DNA of 64,000 nt from an uncultured Gammaproteobacteria bacterium. Its GTDB lineage: Bacteria > Patescibacteriota > Microgenomatia > Levybacterales > UBA12049. The number at the start of each line of letters is the position of its first letter. Positions within the stretch are counted from its first letter, which is position 1. The notes beneath the pieces were generated by a model. It did no database searches. It saw nothing but the letters and a program-made list of their open reading frames with translations, and was not told the DNA's origin. The DNA lies in the NCBI GenBank assembly GCA_964521295.1, contig CAZFRF010000001.1, positions 334,146 through 398,145 of the forward strand. Direction: 5' to 3'. This document shows, piece after piece, positions 48,991 through 58,878 of the stretch. The translations under genes and the position numbers were made by a program.

Positions 48991-50250
48991 CTATAGATTA
49001 AATTTTTTGAAGTAATAAGTCAATAGAGTTATAAGTAAAACTAATGCCGTAGCTAGTGATGAATATATGACCTGGTAAAAGTCGGCGTGAAAAATACTTA
49101 TCAAAGTTATTTGAAAAATTGCAGCAATTATTACAAAATATGAAATCTTAGTTTCATTAAAAGATAAGAAAAAATTTACGCAAACATTAACAAGACTAAA
49201 TATTGTTAAATAAAAACCAAATATACCCAGATACTTAGAAAGCATTAAGTATTCTCTTCCTCCTAAGAATAAATTTATTGTTATTTGAGGGAATAAATAA
49301 TAGAAACCAGTAATTAACATACCTGGTAAAAATACCAATAAAAGAGCAAGGTAAAATAATTTTTTGTATTCAAGCCCTAATGTATGTCTTTTAACAAGAA
49401 GTGGGAACATGACCATAGGGATTGGAAATGTAAAATAAAATATTACTTTACCAATAAGTGACATTCCTGCATAAAAACCAGCGACTTGAGGCTCAAAAAA
49501 ATGCTTAACTAAAATTACATCAGTTGAAGTAAAGGATGTCATAAATAAAACTGTGATAAAAGTAGGAACTGCATATTTAAGCAAAGTTTTTGTCTGATTT
49601 GGAATCTTCTTGTCTGATTCATGAACTAACAATATCTTCCTTAAAGGTACAAATGCCACTAAAAACATTCCAAAAGTCATAAAAAACACAGCCCAAAGAC
49701 CTCCAAATGCCCTATAACCCAGTACTACTAATGCTATACCAAATAGTAATTTAAAAAATCCTCCAGAAATATTTAAAAACGACATGAAGTTAAATCTTAA
49801 AAGTCCCTGAAGAAATGCCATATTTAATGTATTTAAATAAAATGTTGCTATAGCAATTGCAGAAATTAATATATATAAGGAATTGTTTAAATTAAGATAA
49901 CTTGCCAAAGGATTTGCTAAAACAGCACCTAATCCAACAATAAAAATACAAATAAGTAATATTAATTTAAAAAAATAAGTATACAAATGTTTTAATTTTC
50001 CTGTTTGATTGGTAATAAAATAATCTGTAGCAAATTTAATAATTATTGTATTAATTGAACTTGCAGGTACTGCTGCTAAAGTAATTAAAGATAAAAGAGA
50101 AGCAAAAATTGCATAATCCGCATACGAGAGATTTCTAGCCAAAAACCAATTTAAAATAAATGCTAGAAAATTTGCAATAATTGAACCTAAAAATAACTGA
50201 AAACTGCCAGATACTAGCTCATGAGCAGCTACTTTTTTAATAAATTCCAT
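48991..50250 (-). CDS. Wzx-like oligosaccharide flippase (MOP family)
   Basis: About 12 TMs; ARNLS..DY, DVILVKHFF, AGFYA, MFP. Start at ATG 50250. Confidence 0.85.
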   Translation of the reverse strand: MEFIKKVAAHELVSGSFQLFLGSIIANFLAFILNWFLARNLSYADYAIFASLLSLITLAAVPASSINTIIIKFATDYFITNQTGKLKHLYTYFFKLILLICIFIVGLGAVLANPLASYLNLNNSLYILISAIAIATFYLNTLNMAFLQGLLRFNFMSFLNISGGFFKLLFGIALVVLGYRAFGGLWAVFFMTFGMFLVAFVPLRKILLVHESDKKIPNQTKTLLKYAVPTFITVLFMTSFTSTDVILVKHFFEPQVAGFYAGMSLIGKVIFYFTFPIPMVMFPLLVKRHTLGLEYKKLFYLALLLVFLPGMLITGFYYLFPQITINLFLGGREYLMLSKYLGIFGFYLTIFSLVNVCVNFFLSFNETKISYFVIIAAIFQITLISIFHADFYQVIYSSLATALVLLITLLTYYFKKFNL

Positions 50251-50251
50251 A

Positions 50252-51301
50252 TTAACCAACTACCTTTTTATATACCTCAATCGTTTCTTTTGCAGTTTTT
50301 TTCCAAGAATATTTTTTAACATTTGCGTAACCTCTCCTAACTAGCTCTTCCTGAAGTTTTTTATCACTTAAAACTGCTTTTATACCCTCAGCAATACTAC
50401 GTAAATCAAATGCATCAACAATATAAACACTATTTCCCAATACTTCTTTTAACGACCCCTCTGCTGTTGCTATTACCGGACACCCACAGGCTTGCGCCTC
50501 AAGTGCAGGCAAACCAAACCCCTCATAAAAAGATGGAAGAATGGCTATATCAGCTACATTATATAAATTAACTAAATCGTCTGAATCAACAAATCCCAAT
50601 CTAAATATCTTAGGGTTATCCTTTGCTAACTCGTGCACCCTATTTAAATCATGGTTCCAAGGGTTTTTCTTATCATAGTCCTGATTAACTAAGCTTTTAC
50701 CAACCATAACTAAATTAACCTGAGCAGCATTAACTGCATTAATAAGCCTAGGTAAGTTTTTATTTGCTGTAACGTCGCCAACATAAAGAACAAATTTATC
50801 TGGAAGATTAAATTTCTTTTTTATTTTATCCTTTTCTTCCTTAGACAAATTTAAATTCCTAAATTGCTTGCCAGAGGCTAGATACACAACATCAATTTTC
50901 GCTTCCTTAATTTTTGCAAACTTAATTATATCCTCTTTGGAATTAGATGAATCAGTAATAATTCTCCGTGTTTTTTTAAGAGAAAATTTTTGCATTTGCC
51001 ATTTTAATTCTCCTTTAAAACCTCTAGGAAATAGTTCTTTAAAAACAATTGGCGTTAAATCATGAATGGTAACAACAGTCTTATATCTCTTATAAATAGG
51101 TAATGCCAAGAAAAATGGCTCAAAATATGGAAAATGCACCAGATCTACATTCTTTGGAATAGGTTGACCTGCTTCAAAAAAAACGTATTCGTTTTCTGGA
51201 AAATATTCCAAAAGAGCAGCTTTTAAATTTTCTAAATAAAATCCTACTCCTCTTATTTTATGGCCTGTTTGTAAAGGCGAGATATCAATTGCGATCTTCA
51301 T
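50252..51301 (-). CDS. GT4 glycosyltransferase (MtfB-like)
   Basis: IAID, RGVGFY, TIHDL, NKN, EGFGLPALEA. Confidence 0.9.
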   Translation of the reverse strand: MKIAIDISPLQTGHKIRGVGFYLENLKAALLEYFPENEYVFFEAGQPIPKNVDLVHFPYFEPFFLALPIYKRYKTVVTIHDLTPIVFKELFPRGFKGELKWQMQKFSLKKTRRIITDSSNSKEDIIKFAKIKEAKIDVVYLASGKQFRNLNLSKEEKDKIKKKFNLPDKFVLYVGDVTANKNLPRLINAVNAAQVNLVMVGKSLVNQDYDKKNPWNHDLNRVHELAKDNPKIFRLGFVDSDDLVNLYNVADIAILPSFYEGFGLPALEAQACGCPVIATAEGSLKEVLGNSVYIVDAFDLRSIAEGIKAVLSDKKLQEELVRRGYANVKKYSWKKTAKETIEVYKKVVG

Positions 51302-52467
51302 ATTTTCTTTACTATTAATTTAACACAGCTTACAACTCCGTATATAAGAATTATATATAAAATTGGAATCAAAATCACAAAATATCTTGAAAAAACTTGT
51401 CCTGTACTTAAAAAAACTAAATAAACAAACGCCCAAGTAAGTAAGATGTTTATATTTGTTTTATGAGGAATCAGTTTTAATAAATATAAAGTCATAATTA
51501 TCACGTACCCCACTGTTAAGATAGGCCAGGTAATGGACCATTGAGGATCTGAAATTACTGGTTTATTACCAAACCAAACATACCACTTGTTTAGCAATAA
51601 CAATGGCCAAACTGATAAAGGCAATATCAAAAAACTCTTGTGATAATCAAACACCCATCTTTGAATTCCTAAGAATTTAGAAAATGTATATCCAAATGCA
51701 AACACCCTTATATAGCTAATAAGCAAAACAAAAAGTGAGATGGGTAAAGTAATTGTTAAATGAATCAACCTCTTTTTATCTCTCATAAAAAGCAAAACCA
51801 GATACCAGGCTGCAATTACAGTAAATCCTGATATAAAAAATTTAGTCGCAATAAAAAATCCTAAAAATAGATTAGCTAAAGAGAAATTTAGCAACGATCT
51901 ATTAACTAAACCCTTATTAAAAAAATAAAATGTACCTATTAAAAAAAATAATTGGAAAACATCCATTAGTGGCGTATAAACAAACTGATTTTTAAAAATA
52001 GCCTCAAAGCTTAATAAAGTAACAGGTATCAAAGCTAAAGTTGAATCCTTCAGAACTTGTTTACTTAGAAGATACAGAAAACCTAAGGACAATACTCCAA
52101 AAATCAATACAACCATCGAATCATTGTCAAAAATCAAAGTTGATAAACCAATGAGATATTTTCCCAAGGGTGGAGCATCCGGAACTACTAAAACTGGGCT
52201 TGTTCCTTTTATTAACTTTCCACCTGAATATGAGAATGCAGTCTGATCTGGAATGAATCCCTTTGCGTGCTTACTAACATATTGAGAATCTAAAAAAATT
52301 TTCTCAAGGGATTCAAAATTCTCCCAGTATTTATAATCAAAATATCTGGATTTGTATTGATAAATATTAAGACCAAAATTTAAGCAGATGATTATTATAA
52401 AAATTAAATTAATTAATTTTTTATATTTGGAGATAAATTCTAAGAATTTTTTTGTTTTGAATGCCAT
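51298..52467 (-). CDS. GT-C-type membrane glycosyltransferase
   Basis: IPDQ, PPLGKYLIG, LMD, ATK, SRY; multi-TM. ATG 52467 is preferred over TTG 52473. Confidence 0.75.
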   Translation of the reverse strand: MAFKTKKFLEFISKYKKLINLIFIIIICLNFGLNIYQYKSRYFDYKYWENFESLEKIFLDSQYVSKHAKGFIPDQTAFSYSGGKLIKGTSPVLVVPDAPPLGKYLIGLSTLIFDNDSMVVLIFGVLSLGFLYLLSKQVLKDSTLALIPVTLLSFEAIFKNQFVYTPLMDVFQLFFLIGTFYFFNKGLVNRSLLNFSLANLFLGFFIATKFFISGFTVIAAWYLVLLFMRDKKRLIHLTITLPISLFVLLISYIRVFAFGYTFSKFLGIQRWVFDYHKSFLILPLSVWPLLLLNKWYVWFGNKPVISDPQWSITWPILTVGYVIIMTLYLLKLIPHKTNINILLTWAFVYLVFLSTGQVFSRYFVILIPILYIILIYGVVSCVKLIVKKI

Positions 52468-53417
52468 TTCCAAGCTGATTCAATTATATTTTTTAAATCA
52501 GAATATTTCGGAGAAAATCCTAGTTCATTCTTTATTTTTGAACAATCAGCAATTAATTCATTTGCATCTCCCGGCCTACGAGGATGAATTTCAACAGGAA
52601 AATCTTTACCACTAACCTCTTTTACCATTGTTACTACCTCTTTATTCGAGTATCCATTTCCTGTTCCAACGTTATAATCAAAATAACCTTGATCTGTGCT
52701 TAATTTTTGCAGTGCAGATAAATGCGCTTGGGCTAAATCTAGAACATGTACATAATCCCTAACGCAGCTACCATCTTTGGTCTTGTAATCATCGCCAAAC
52801 AATTTAAAAGTAGAACCACTTAAAGCTGCCTTCATAACATTTGGGATTAAATGGGTTTCTGGATCATGAGCTTCCCCCATCGAACCATCTAGAGCTGCTC
52901 CTGCCGCATTAAAATACCTAAGTGCAACACTACTAATTCCCCTTTGCTTTGCGAACCAATACAGTAATCTCTCAACCATCCATTTACTCTCACCATAAGG
53001 ATTTTCTGGATTTTTTGGATGGTTTTCTGGAATAGGAACAGCTTGAGGATTGCCATATACACCTGCTGTTGATGAAAAGATAATTTTAGTTACACCATGC
53101 TTCAACATTGCTTCTAAGAGATTTAGAGTAACAAAAACATTATTGTGAAAGTAATTTTCTGGTTTTTCCATTGATTCTGCCATGGAAATATAGGCTGCAA
53201 AATGAATTACTGCATCAAATTTATGATCAGTAAATGCTCTATTTAAGAATTCAGCATCTAAAATATTACCCTGCAAAAAGACAGCTCTTGAATCCAAATT
53301 TTCTACATGACCCTTTTCCAAACTATCTATTACCACAACCTTATCTCCTCTATCTAAAAGAGTTTTAACCATAAAGCTACCGATATATCCTGCTCCACCT
53401 GTTACAAGTATTTTCAT
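52440..53417 (-). CDS. galE: UDP-glucose 4-epimerase
   Basis: GGAGYIGS, HFAA, SSTA, YGESK, LRYFNAAGA, ETHLIP, DGSCVRDYVHV. Confidence 0.94.
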   Translation of the reverse strand: MKILVTGGAGYIGSFMVKTLLDRGDKVVVIDSLEKGHVENLDSRAVFLQGNILDAEFLNRAFTDHKFDAVIHFAAYISMAESMEKPENYFHNNVFVTLNLLEAMLKHGVTKIIFSSTAGVYGNPQAVPIPENHPKNPENPYGESKWMVERLLYWFAKQRGISSVALRYFNAAGAALDGSMGEAHDPETHLIPNVMKAALSGSTFKLFGDDYKTKDGSCVRDYVHVLDLAQAHLSALQKLSTDQGYFDYNVGTGNGYSNKEVVTMVKEVSGKDFPVEIHPRRPGDANELIADCSKIKNELGFSPKYSDLKNIIESAWKWHSKQKNS

Positions 53418-55696
53418 ATCTTCTCTAGTATATATTTTTTTAAGTCAAAATTCGATTTCAAATTATGTTGACTTAACCAACCAATTAAATCATCATACGC
53501 GTTGACTTGATTAACATTAATCCATATCCTATTTTTAGGATTCAAATCTTCACTATCAACGTTACTTAAATTATTCAAATGCAAAATACTATTCTGAATA
53601 TAATTCTTGTCTAGCGAACAATCTTTTCCCAAGCAATTCAAGCCTACTTTTAGTCCATTCTGTGATTGCCTGCCATCGAATGCTATTAATAAGCTAAAAC
53701 CCATACTTGTGTCATATTTTTTATACTTATAATCATAAATTGAAAAATTATCATTTGGATACATAGTGTATAACTCGTTCTTAGCCTTTTGCAAAGCTGC
53801 TACCTGACTTGTCCACGTAAGTGTGCTTAAAACAGATACTAGATTACAACCCAAAACTACTACCACAGCTAAAACTGCTAAACCTTTAATATATTTATTC
53901 TTAAAATCTAAGAAAAATGAGAAAACATTTGCTGTTAATAACAATACTAAAGGAACAAGATACAATAAATAACCCTCAGATCTTTCCCCATGGTAATATC
54001 TATTAATAAAAATAAAAAGAAAAAGAAGAAGTCCCAAAGCTGCAAAAACGCTGGGAATTTTTCTTCTTAAAAGTAAATAGAAAAATACTAATACTGATAA
54101 TACTGCCAGTATCATTCCTATCCAGAAATAATTACCCACAATAAAACTCCAGAAGATTGGAACAAAATTACTAATAAATAATTTCCAACTATTAGGAACA
54201 AATATTCTATATTGTCCAATTAAAAAATAATCTAATAAATTTCTGATATTTGCAAAACTTTGTAAAGAATCCCAATATAATAGAGGCGACATGGGGATGA
54301 AAAAGCCTAAAACAGCTAGTAAAAAAGAAGATATTCTCTTCTTAAAACCTAAGCCCATCACAAGCAATACAGCAGGAAGCAAGACTAATAAATTAATAGC
54401 TTGATAATGAAAAGATAAAGCCATTCCAACCCAAAAACCCACAAATAAACCATGGAATATTTTCTTTTTTTGCCATAATAAAACAAAGCTAATTAAAGCT
54501 AAAGCTGAGAAAGTAGTTATAAATGTATGTTGTCCTAATGACAACGATCTTACAACTAATTGAGGCGAAGTCATTGCGAGCAATCCAACAATTAAGGAAA
54601 ATTTGTGTCCTTTAACTAAATTACCAAGATAAAGCAAGAGACCGAGAGTTAGGATGCTAATTAGCTCAAGCATTAACCAAGGTGCGTTAACCAAAAAGGG
54701 CAGAATTAAATAGGAAAGCATTATAAAACAATAAAATAAACCTCCGAAGACAAATGGACCTGCGCTACTAAAAGAACCAACCAAAGGTATTTCGTGACGT
54801 CTGAGTGCCTCCAAAGCGATCATCGCATCTCTTCCATCATCTCCAACCAAACCCCAACGATTTGGAAAGTTCCACAACCTAATAACCGCACCCACAATGA
54901 TAATCAGTGCAGCAAAAAACTTATATGGTCCTACGTATTTAATGTAAGAAACTGGAAACCTTAATGCAGAAAAAAGAGAAAACGTAAAACCCTGCCAACC
55001 ATCAATAAACCCTTTGTGCCTAATAAAAGTAGTCAGTAACCAATGAGTAGGTCTGATAAACAAATACATAAGCATATAGAAAAATTTCAGAAATAAGTTT
55101 TTCTTTGCTTGCTCTTCTTTTATTTGATTAGCATAAAAATTATTATAAAAATCCCATTTTTTTACATAGTGTTTAAAACTTGCGTAAGGATAATGCAATA
55201 GAGCAGTCTTTAAATAACCTACTTCTCCATCTATTTCCGCTTGCTCATGCACATCTTTTTGTGGAAGCCTACCTTTTCCTTTTCTATATAATCTAATCGT
55301 ATAATCAGGATACTGACCGCCTTTCATCAAGAATCTACCCAAAAACCAATTCTTTCTAGGAATCCAATAGCCATTAAATTCCTTAGGATTTTTTTCTAAA
55401 ATTTCTCTGATTTCAGTTTTTAATTCTGAGCTAACATGCTCATCAGCATCCATTTGCAGAATCCAGTCTTTTGTAGCCATATCAATCGCCATTTGCTTAT
55501 TAATATGAAAATTGGGCTTATTTGTTGTAACTTTTACTTTTGCACCAAAGCTTTTAGCTATATCTACTGTTTTATCAAAAGACGTACCATCTACGATAAT
55601 TATCTCATCAGCAATATCTTTTAAACTTTCTAAACAAGAAGGTAAATTCTTTTCTTCATTAAAAGTAGCAAGTACAACAGATAAAGTTTGTCGCAT
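53414..55696 (-). CDS. Fusion of GT2 (KdtX/WaaE-like, N) and GT-C (ArnT-like, C)
   Basis: N: DWILQMDADE, YPDY..RL, VHE. C from about aa 260: IRLW, GDDGRD, LVG, multi-TM. Confidence 0.8.
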   Translation of the reverse strand: MRQTLSVVLATFNEEKNLPSCLESLKDIADEIIIVDGTSFDKTVDIAKSFGAKVKVTTNKPNFHINKQMAIDMATKDWILQMDADEHVSSELKTEIREILEKNPKEFNGYWIPRKNWFLGRFLMKGGQYPDYTIRLYRKGKGRLPQKDVHEQAEIDGEVGYLKTALLHYPYASFKHYVKKWDFYNNFYANQIKEEQAKKNLFLKFFYMLMYLFIRPTHWLLTTFIRHKGFIDGWQGFTFSLFSALRFPVSYIKYVGPYKFFAALIIIVGAVIRLWNFPNRWGLVGDDGRDAMIALEALRRHEIPLVGSFSSAGPFVFGGLFYCFIMLSYLILPFLVNAPWLMLELISILTLGLLLYLGNLVKGHKFSLIVGLLAMTSPQLVVRSLSLGQHTFITTFSALALISFVLLWQKKKIFHGLFVGFWVGMALSFHYQAINLLVLLPAVLLVMGLGFKKRISSFLLAVLGFFIPMSPLLYWDSLQSFANIRNLLDYFLIGQYRIFVPNSWKLFISNFVPIFWSFIVGNYFWIGMILAVLSVLVFFYLLLRRKIPSVFAALGLLLFLFIFINRYYHGERSEGYLLYLVPLVLLLTANVFSFFLDFKNKYIKGLAVLAVVVVLGCNLVSVLSTLTWTSQVAALQKAKNELYTMYPNDNFSIYDYKYKKYDTSMGFSLLIAFDGRQSQNGLKVGLNCLGKDCSLDKNYIQNSILHLNNLSNVDSEDLNPKNRIWINVNQVNAYDDLIGWLSQHNLKSNFDLKKYILEKI

Positions 55697-55708
55697 AAAT
55701 TGATAATA

Positions 55709-57349
55709 CTAATTAATCTTTCTTTTTACAAATAGCTTAATAAAAAAAGCTAATAGTACAACTCCTAAGGCAAATATGGAAAGGGCATCAGCAAGGAGCC
55801 TTAACTTAGTTTCTCCAAAAACAACCCTAACTAAATATTCACCTTTGGACAGATTAAAAAGCATAATTCCTCTATGTTCTGGATTCTGAAACTCTACATC
55901 TACAATTTGACCGTTGGCATAAATTTTCCAACCCGGAAAAAATAAAGTATTTTCCTTTATTTGCGCATCTTGCAAAACATCTATTTTATATTCATGTAAA
56001 TTAGCGGTTCGCCTAATCTCTTGAATATTAGCTTCACCCTCAATAACTTCTACATGCGCTGCTGGCCTTTTCTCCATAAACCTGACCGACCAAATAGGAG
56101 CACTTTCTCCTGTATCAGTTGTACTGTTATATATTCCAGTATAAAATTCTGCATTCTTATACAAATAACCCTTTGGGGTAAAATAAGGAATACTAACTAC
56201 TAGTACTACCGTAATAACAATTGCGCTAATTAATTTATGATTAATTTTTTTAGCTAAAACTTCTACTACATAGACAGTTAAAACCGCTGTTGTAAAAACA
56301 ATTAAAGCAATAAATCTCCAAGGGAACTGAAAATTTTGCAAAAGAATTATTTTATCCCAAATAAAATTTGAATAGGGTAACATTATAAAAATTGAAAGAA
56401 GAGTAAAGAGAATAAGCGTTGCAATCATAAGTAACTTAATTCGATCTTTTCTAAATACATATCCAGCAATAAATGATCCCAGCAAAACAAACCACTGAAA
56501 TATTCCAAGCTGTACTGTAAAAGCACCTGATCCACCGAAATCCCATGGTCCATAAATTAACCTAGGTATGTTTACAAAATTATTTATATATCCACCTTTA
56601 GTTACGATGTTTCTTAAAGTAAATTTTCCTTCTAAAAGGGCTGGCACCCAAAAGAAAGCAGATAGCATAAAACCTAGAGAAAAACCGACAATAAATTTAA
56701 TTAAATATTCTTTCTTGTTTTTTAAATTAATACTTAAGATTAATCCATATAAAAATATAAATGGAATACTTATTAAACTGATTGCATTATGAGCTAAGAT
56801 CAAAAGTGCTAAAGACAAAGAAATAAAAATATAATTATTAATTGTTTGTTTTTTAGAAAGCTTATAAATAAACAGCAAAGTAAGTGGAATGAATGCAAAT
56901 GCCAAATTCTCGCCTATGTCCCCCCTAACATACAATTCAACAAAGCGATAAGGCGCATAAGTATATAAAAATGCTCCTATAAGAGAAGAATTTCTTGATG
57001 AAAATTGAGATAACCATAGATACATAAATATAAATGAAAGAACCATCCCCATTCCCAAAACTATTTTTACTGAATCAACTAAAGAGAAACCTACGAAATG
57101 AAAAGCTGATGCAATATATGAAGGTAAAGGATATAAAAATTGTAAAACTGGGTGTCCATAGCCCCAATTTAAATTCTCAGCCCACCTAGGGATTATTACC
57201 CCATCGTTAAGTGCAGAATAAAAATTAGCAATTCTGGCCACATGATCTTGACCATCATGGGTAATTGGTAATCCTTGATGAAATAAAGAAATTACAGGAA
57301 TAAACAATAAGATTAAAAATAGTACGCTAAATAATTTTTTTGATATCAT
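55709..57349 (-). CDS. PTPS-related/YfhO-like GT-C membrane protein
   Basis: THDG..H.AR, PRWA..LN.GYG.P...F.YP, APYR...YVRG, QFPWR, FFPGW. Confidence 0.8.
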   Translation of the reverse strand: MISKKLFSVLFLILLFIPVISLFHQGLPITHDGQDHVARIANFYSALNDGVIIPRWAENLNWGYGHPVLQFLYPLPSYIASAFHFVGFSLVDSVKIVLGMGMVLSFIFMYLWLSQFSSRNSSLIGAFLYTYAPYRFVELYVRGDIGENLAFAFIPLTLLFIYKLSKKQTINNYIFISLSLALLILAHNAISLISIPFIFLYGLILSINLKNKKEYLIKFIVGFSLGFMLSAFFWVPALLEGKFTLRNIVTKGGYINNFVNIPRLIYGPWDFGGSGAFTVQLGIFQWFVLLGSFIAGYVFRKDRIKLLMIATLILFTLLSIFIMLPYSNFIWDKIILLQNFQFPWRFIALIVFTTAVLTVYVVEVLAKKINHKLISAIVITVVLVVSIPYFTPKGYLYKNAEFYTGIYNSTTDTGESAPIWSVRFMEKRPAAHVEVIEGEANIQEIRRTANLHEYKIDVLQDAQIKENTLFFPGWKIYANGQIVDVEFQNPEHRGIMLFNLSKGEYLVRVVFGETKLRLLADALSIFALGVVLLAFFIKLFVKRKIN

Positions 57350-58878
57350 AACTCTCTTTTCTGAACCACAAAACCACTAGGTAAAGTTTTTGTCCACTCC
57401 ACCTTTCCATCTTTAATCACTGTTTCTAACCATCCTTTATAACTCCATGGTTTTGAAGGATCAGGCTCCATTAATAGATAAAAGGTTCCTTTTTTTTCTT
57501 TATAAGGTATATAATCGTATTTTGCTTTTCCATACCACCATAATAAATAATCGTATGGATAAGTATATACTGGAGGACTAAATACCAAGAGACCAAACGG
57601 TTTTTTATTGGCATCTTTGTATATAAAATCTAAGACATCAATTTTACCTCTTATCTTAGCTATTCCACCATAATCAGGGTAATCATAAATTGTTGTTGCA
57701 ACTGCACTGTATATTCCAATTGGAAAATTTATAAAAATATATAAAAGTGCAATTAAAAAAATCTTAGTATTGTTCTTAAATGAACTATAAACTATGTAAC
57801 AAGAAAGAAGTAAATAGGCAACATTTAAATGCTGTAAGTAAATTCCGTAAACCGTATTCCTAAGTGGAGAAAAAACTAAATAAGTAACTGGGATCAAAAA
57901 TAATAGAAAGCTAAAGAAATATTTTAGATATTTTACTTTCTCTTTTCTTATGTAATAAACAGAAACAATAACAATAAATAAAAACACTAATAGATATAAT
58001 GACTGCAAAGGAAAAGTACTACTAAAACTATGTATAAATGAATTAAAGTGATCTATGAAAAAATTTGTTTCATTCACGTTATGATTAGTAGCTTTATGTT
58101 TAAAAATATAGGTAATAATTCCACGAAGACCTAGAAAATCATGTCTTACTTCAAATAAAAACATTGGGAGATATCCGAACACATAACCTACAAATAGAAA
58201 AATGTAGTTTTTAATGTGTTTCTTAAAAAGGAAAATTGAATAAATTAATAAAGTAAGAGATAAAGGAACTGCAATACCAAGCTCAAAGTTATATATAAAT
58301 CCTGAAAAAAATGCTGCTAAAAATGTAAATAATAATGATTTATTCTTCGAAAACAAATAAGTAAAATAAAATGTCAGAAGTATAAAAAATGTTGGTGGAT
58401 TTGGACTCCAGATAAACCTTGATTGAGCAGTGAAAATTGGCGCAATACTAATAAGTAACGAGAGTAATAAGCCTATCCACCGGTTAAACATCTTTAATCC
58501 TAAATAATAACCAAAAAGAATAGAAATTATTCCAAAGCCAAACATTAAAAATATTCCACCCTGAGGGTTTCCATTAAACAAAATAAAAACAATACTCAGC
58601 ATGTAGTAATATAATGGCCCATGAAAAACACCTGAGATTCCTGCGTCCCCCGCTCCAATTTCAGTTCCTATTAAGATAAATTTATGATCTACAACAATTT
58701 TCTTGGCTGCAAGCATTTCCCTTCCTTGATCAAAGAGAAATAAAGGGTTTTGATTAAGCAATTCAACGCAACGAGGAAATATTGCTAAAAAAACAACAGT
58801 AAATGCTATTAATATAAATAAAATATTAGACTTTTTTTTAGCAAGTATTAAAATCCAATTATAAAAACTGTTAATCAT
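57346..58878 (-). CDS. GT-C (ArnT/PMT-like) membrane glycosyltransferase
   Basis: FDQGRE, IG, GPLYYY, SRFIWSP; multi-TM. Confidence 0.8.
   Translation of the reverse strand: MINSFYNWILILAKKKSNILFILIAFTVVFLAIFPRCVELLNQNPLFLFDQGREMLAAKKIVVDHKFILIGTEIGAGDAGISGVFHGPLYYYMLSIVFILFNGNPQGGIFLMFGFGIISILFGYYLGLKMFNRWIGLLLSLLISIAPIFTAQSRFIWSPNPPTFFILLTFYFTYLFSKNKSLLFTFLAAFFSGFIYNFELGIAVPLSLTLLIYSIFLFKKHIKNYIFLFVGYVFGYLPMFLFEVRHDFLGLRGIITYIFKHKATNHNVNETNFFIDHFNSFIHSFSSTFPLQSLYLLVFLFIVIVSVYYIRKEKVKYLKYFFSFLLFLIPVTYLVFSPLRNTVYGIYLQHLNVAYLLLSCYIVYSSFKNNTKIFLIALLYIFINFPIGIYSAVATTIYDYPDYGGIAKIRGKIDVLDFIYKDANKKPFGLLVFSPPVYTYPYDYLLWWYGKAKYDYIPYKEKKGTFYLLMEPDPSKPWSYKGWLETVIKDGKVEWTKTLPSGFVVQKREL

Noticed and set aside
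20532-55696. Classical LPS/O-antigen locus
   Set aside because: No lipid A, Kdo, heptose, Wzz or Lpt genes are in the window; WaaL-like and KdtX-like domains alone are insufficient.
55709-57349. 6-pyruvoyl-tetrahydropterin synthase function
   Set aside because: It is a multi-TM GT-C-like protein; the family name does not imply pterin chemistry.
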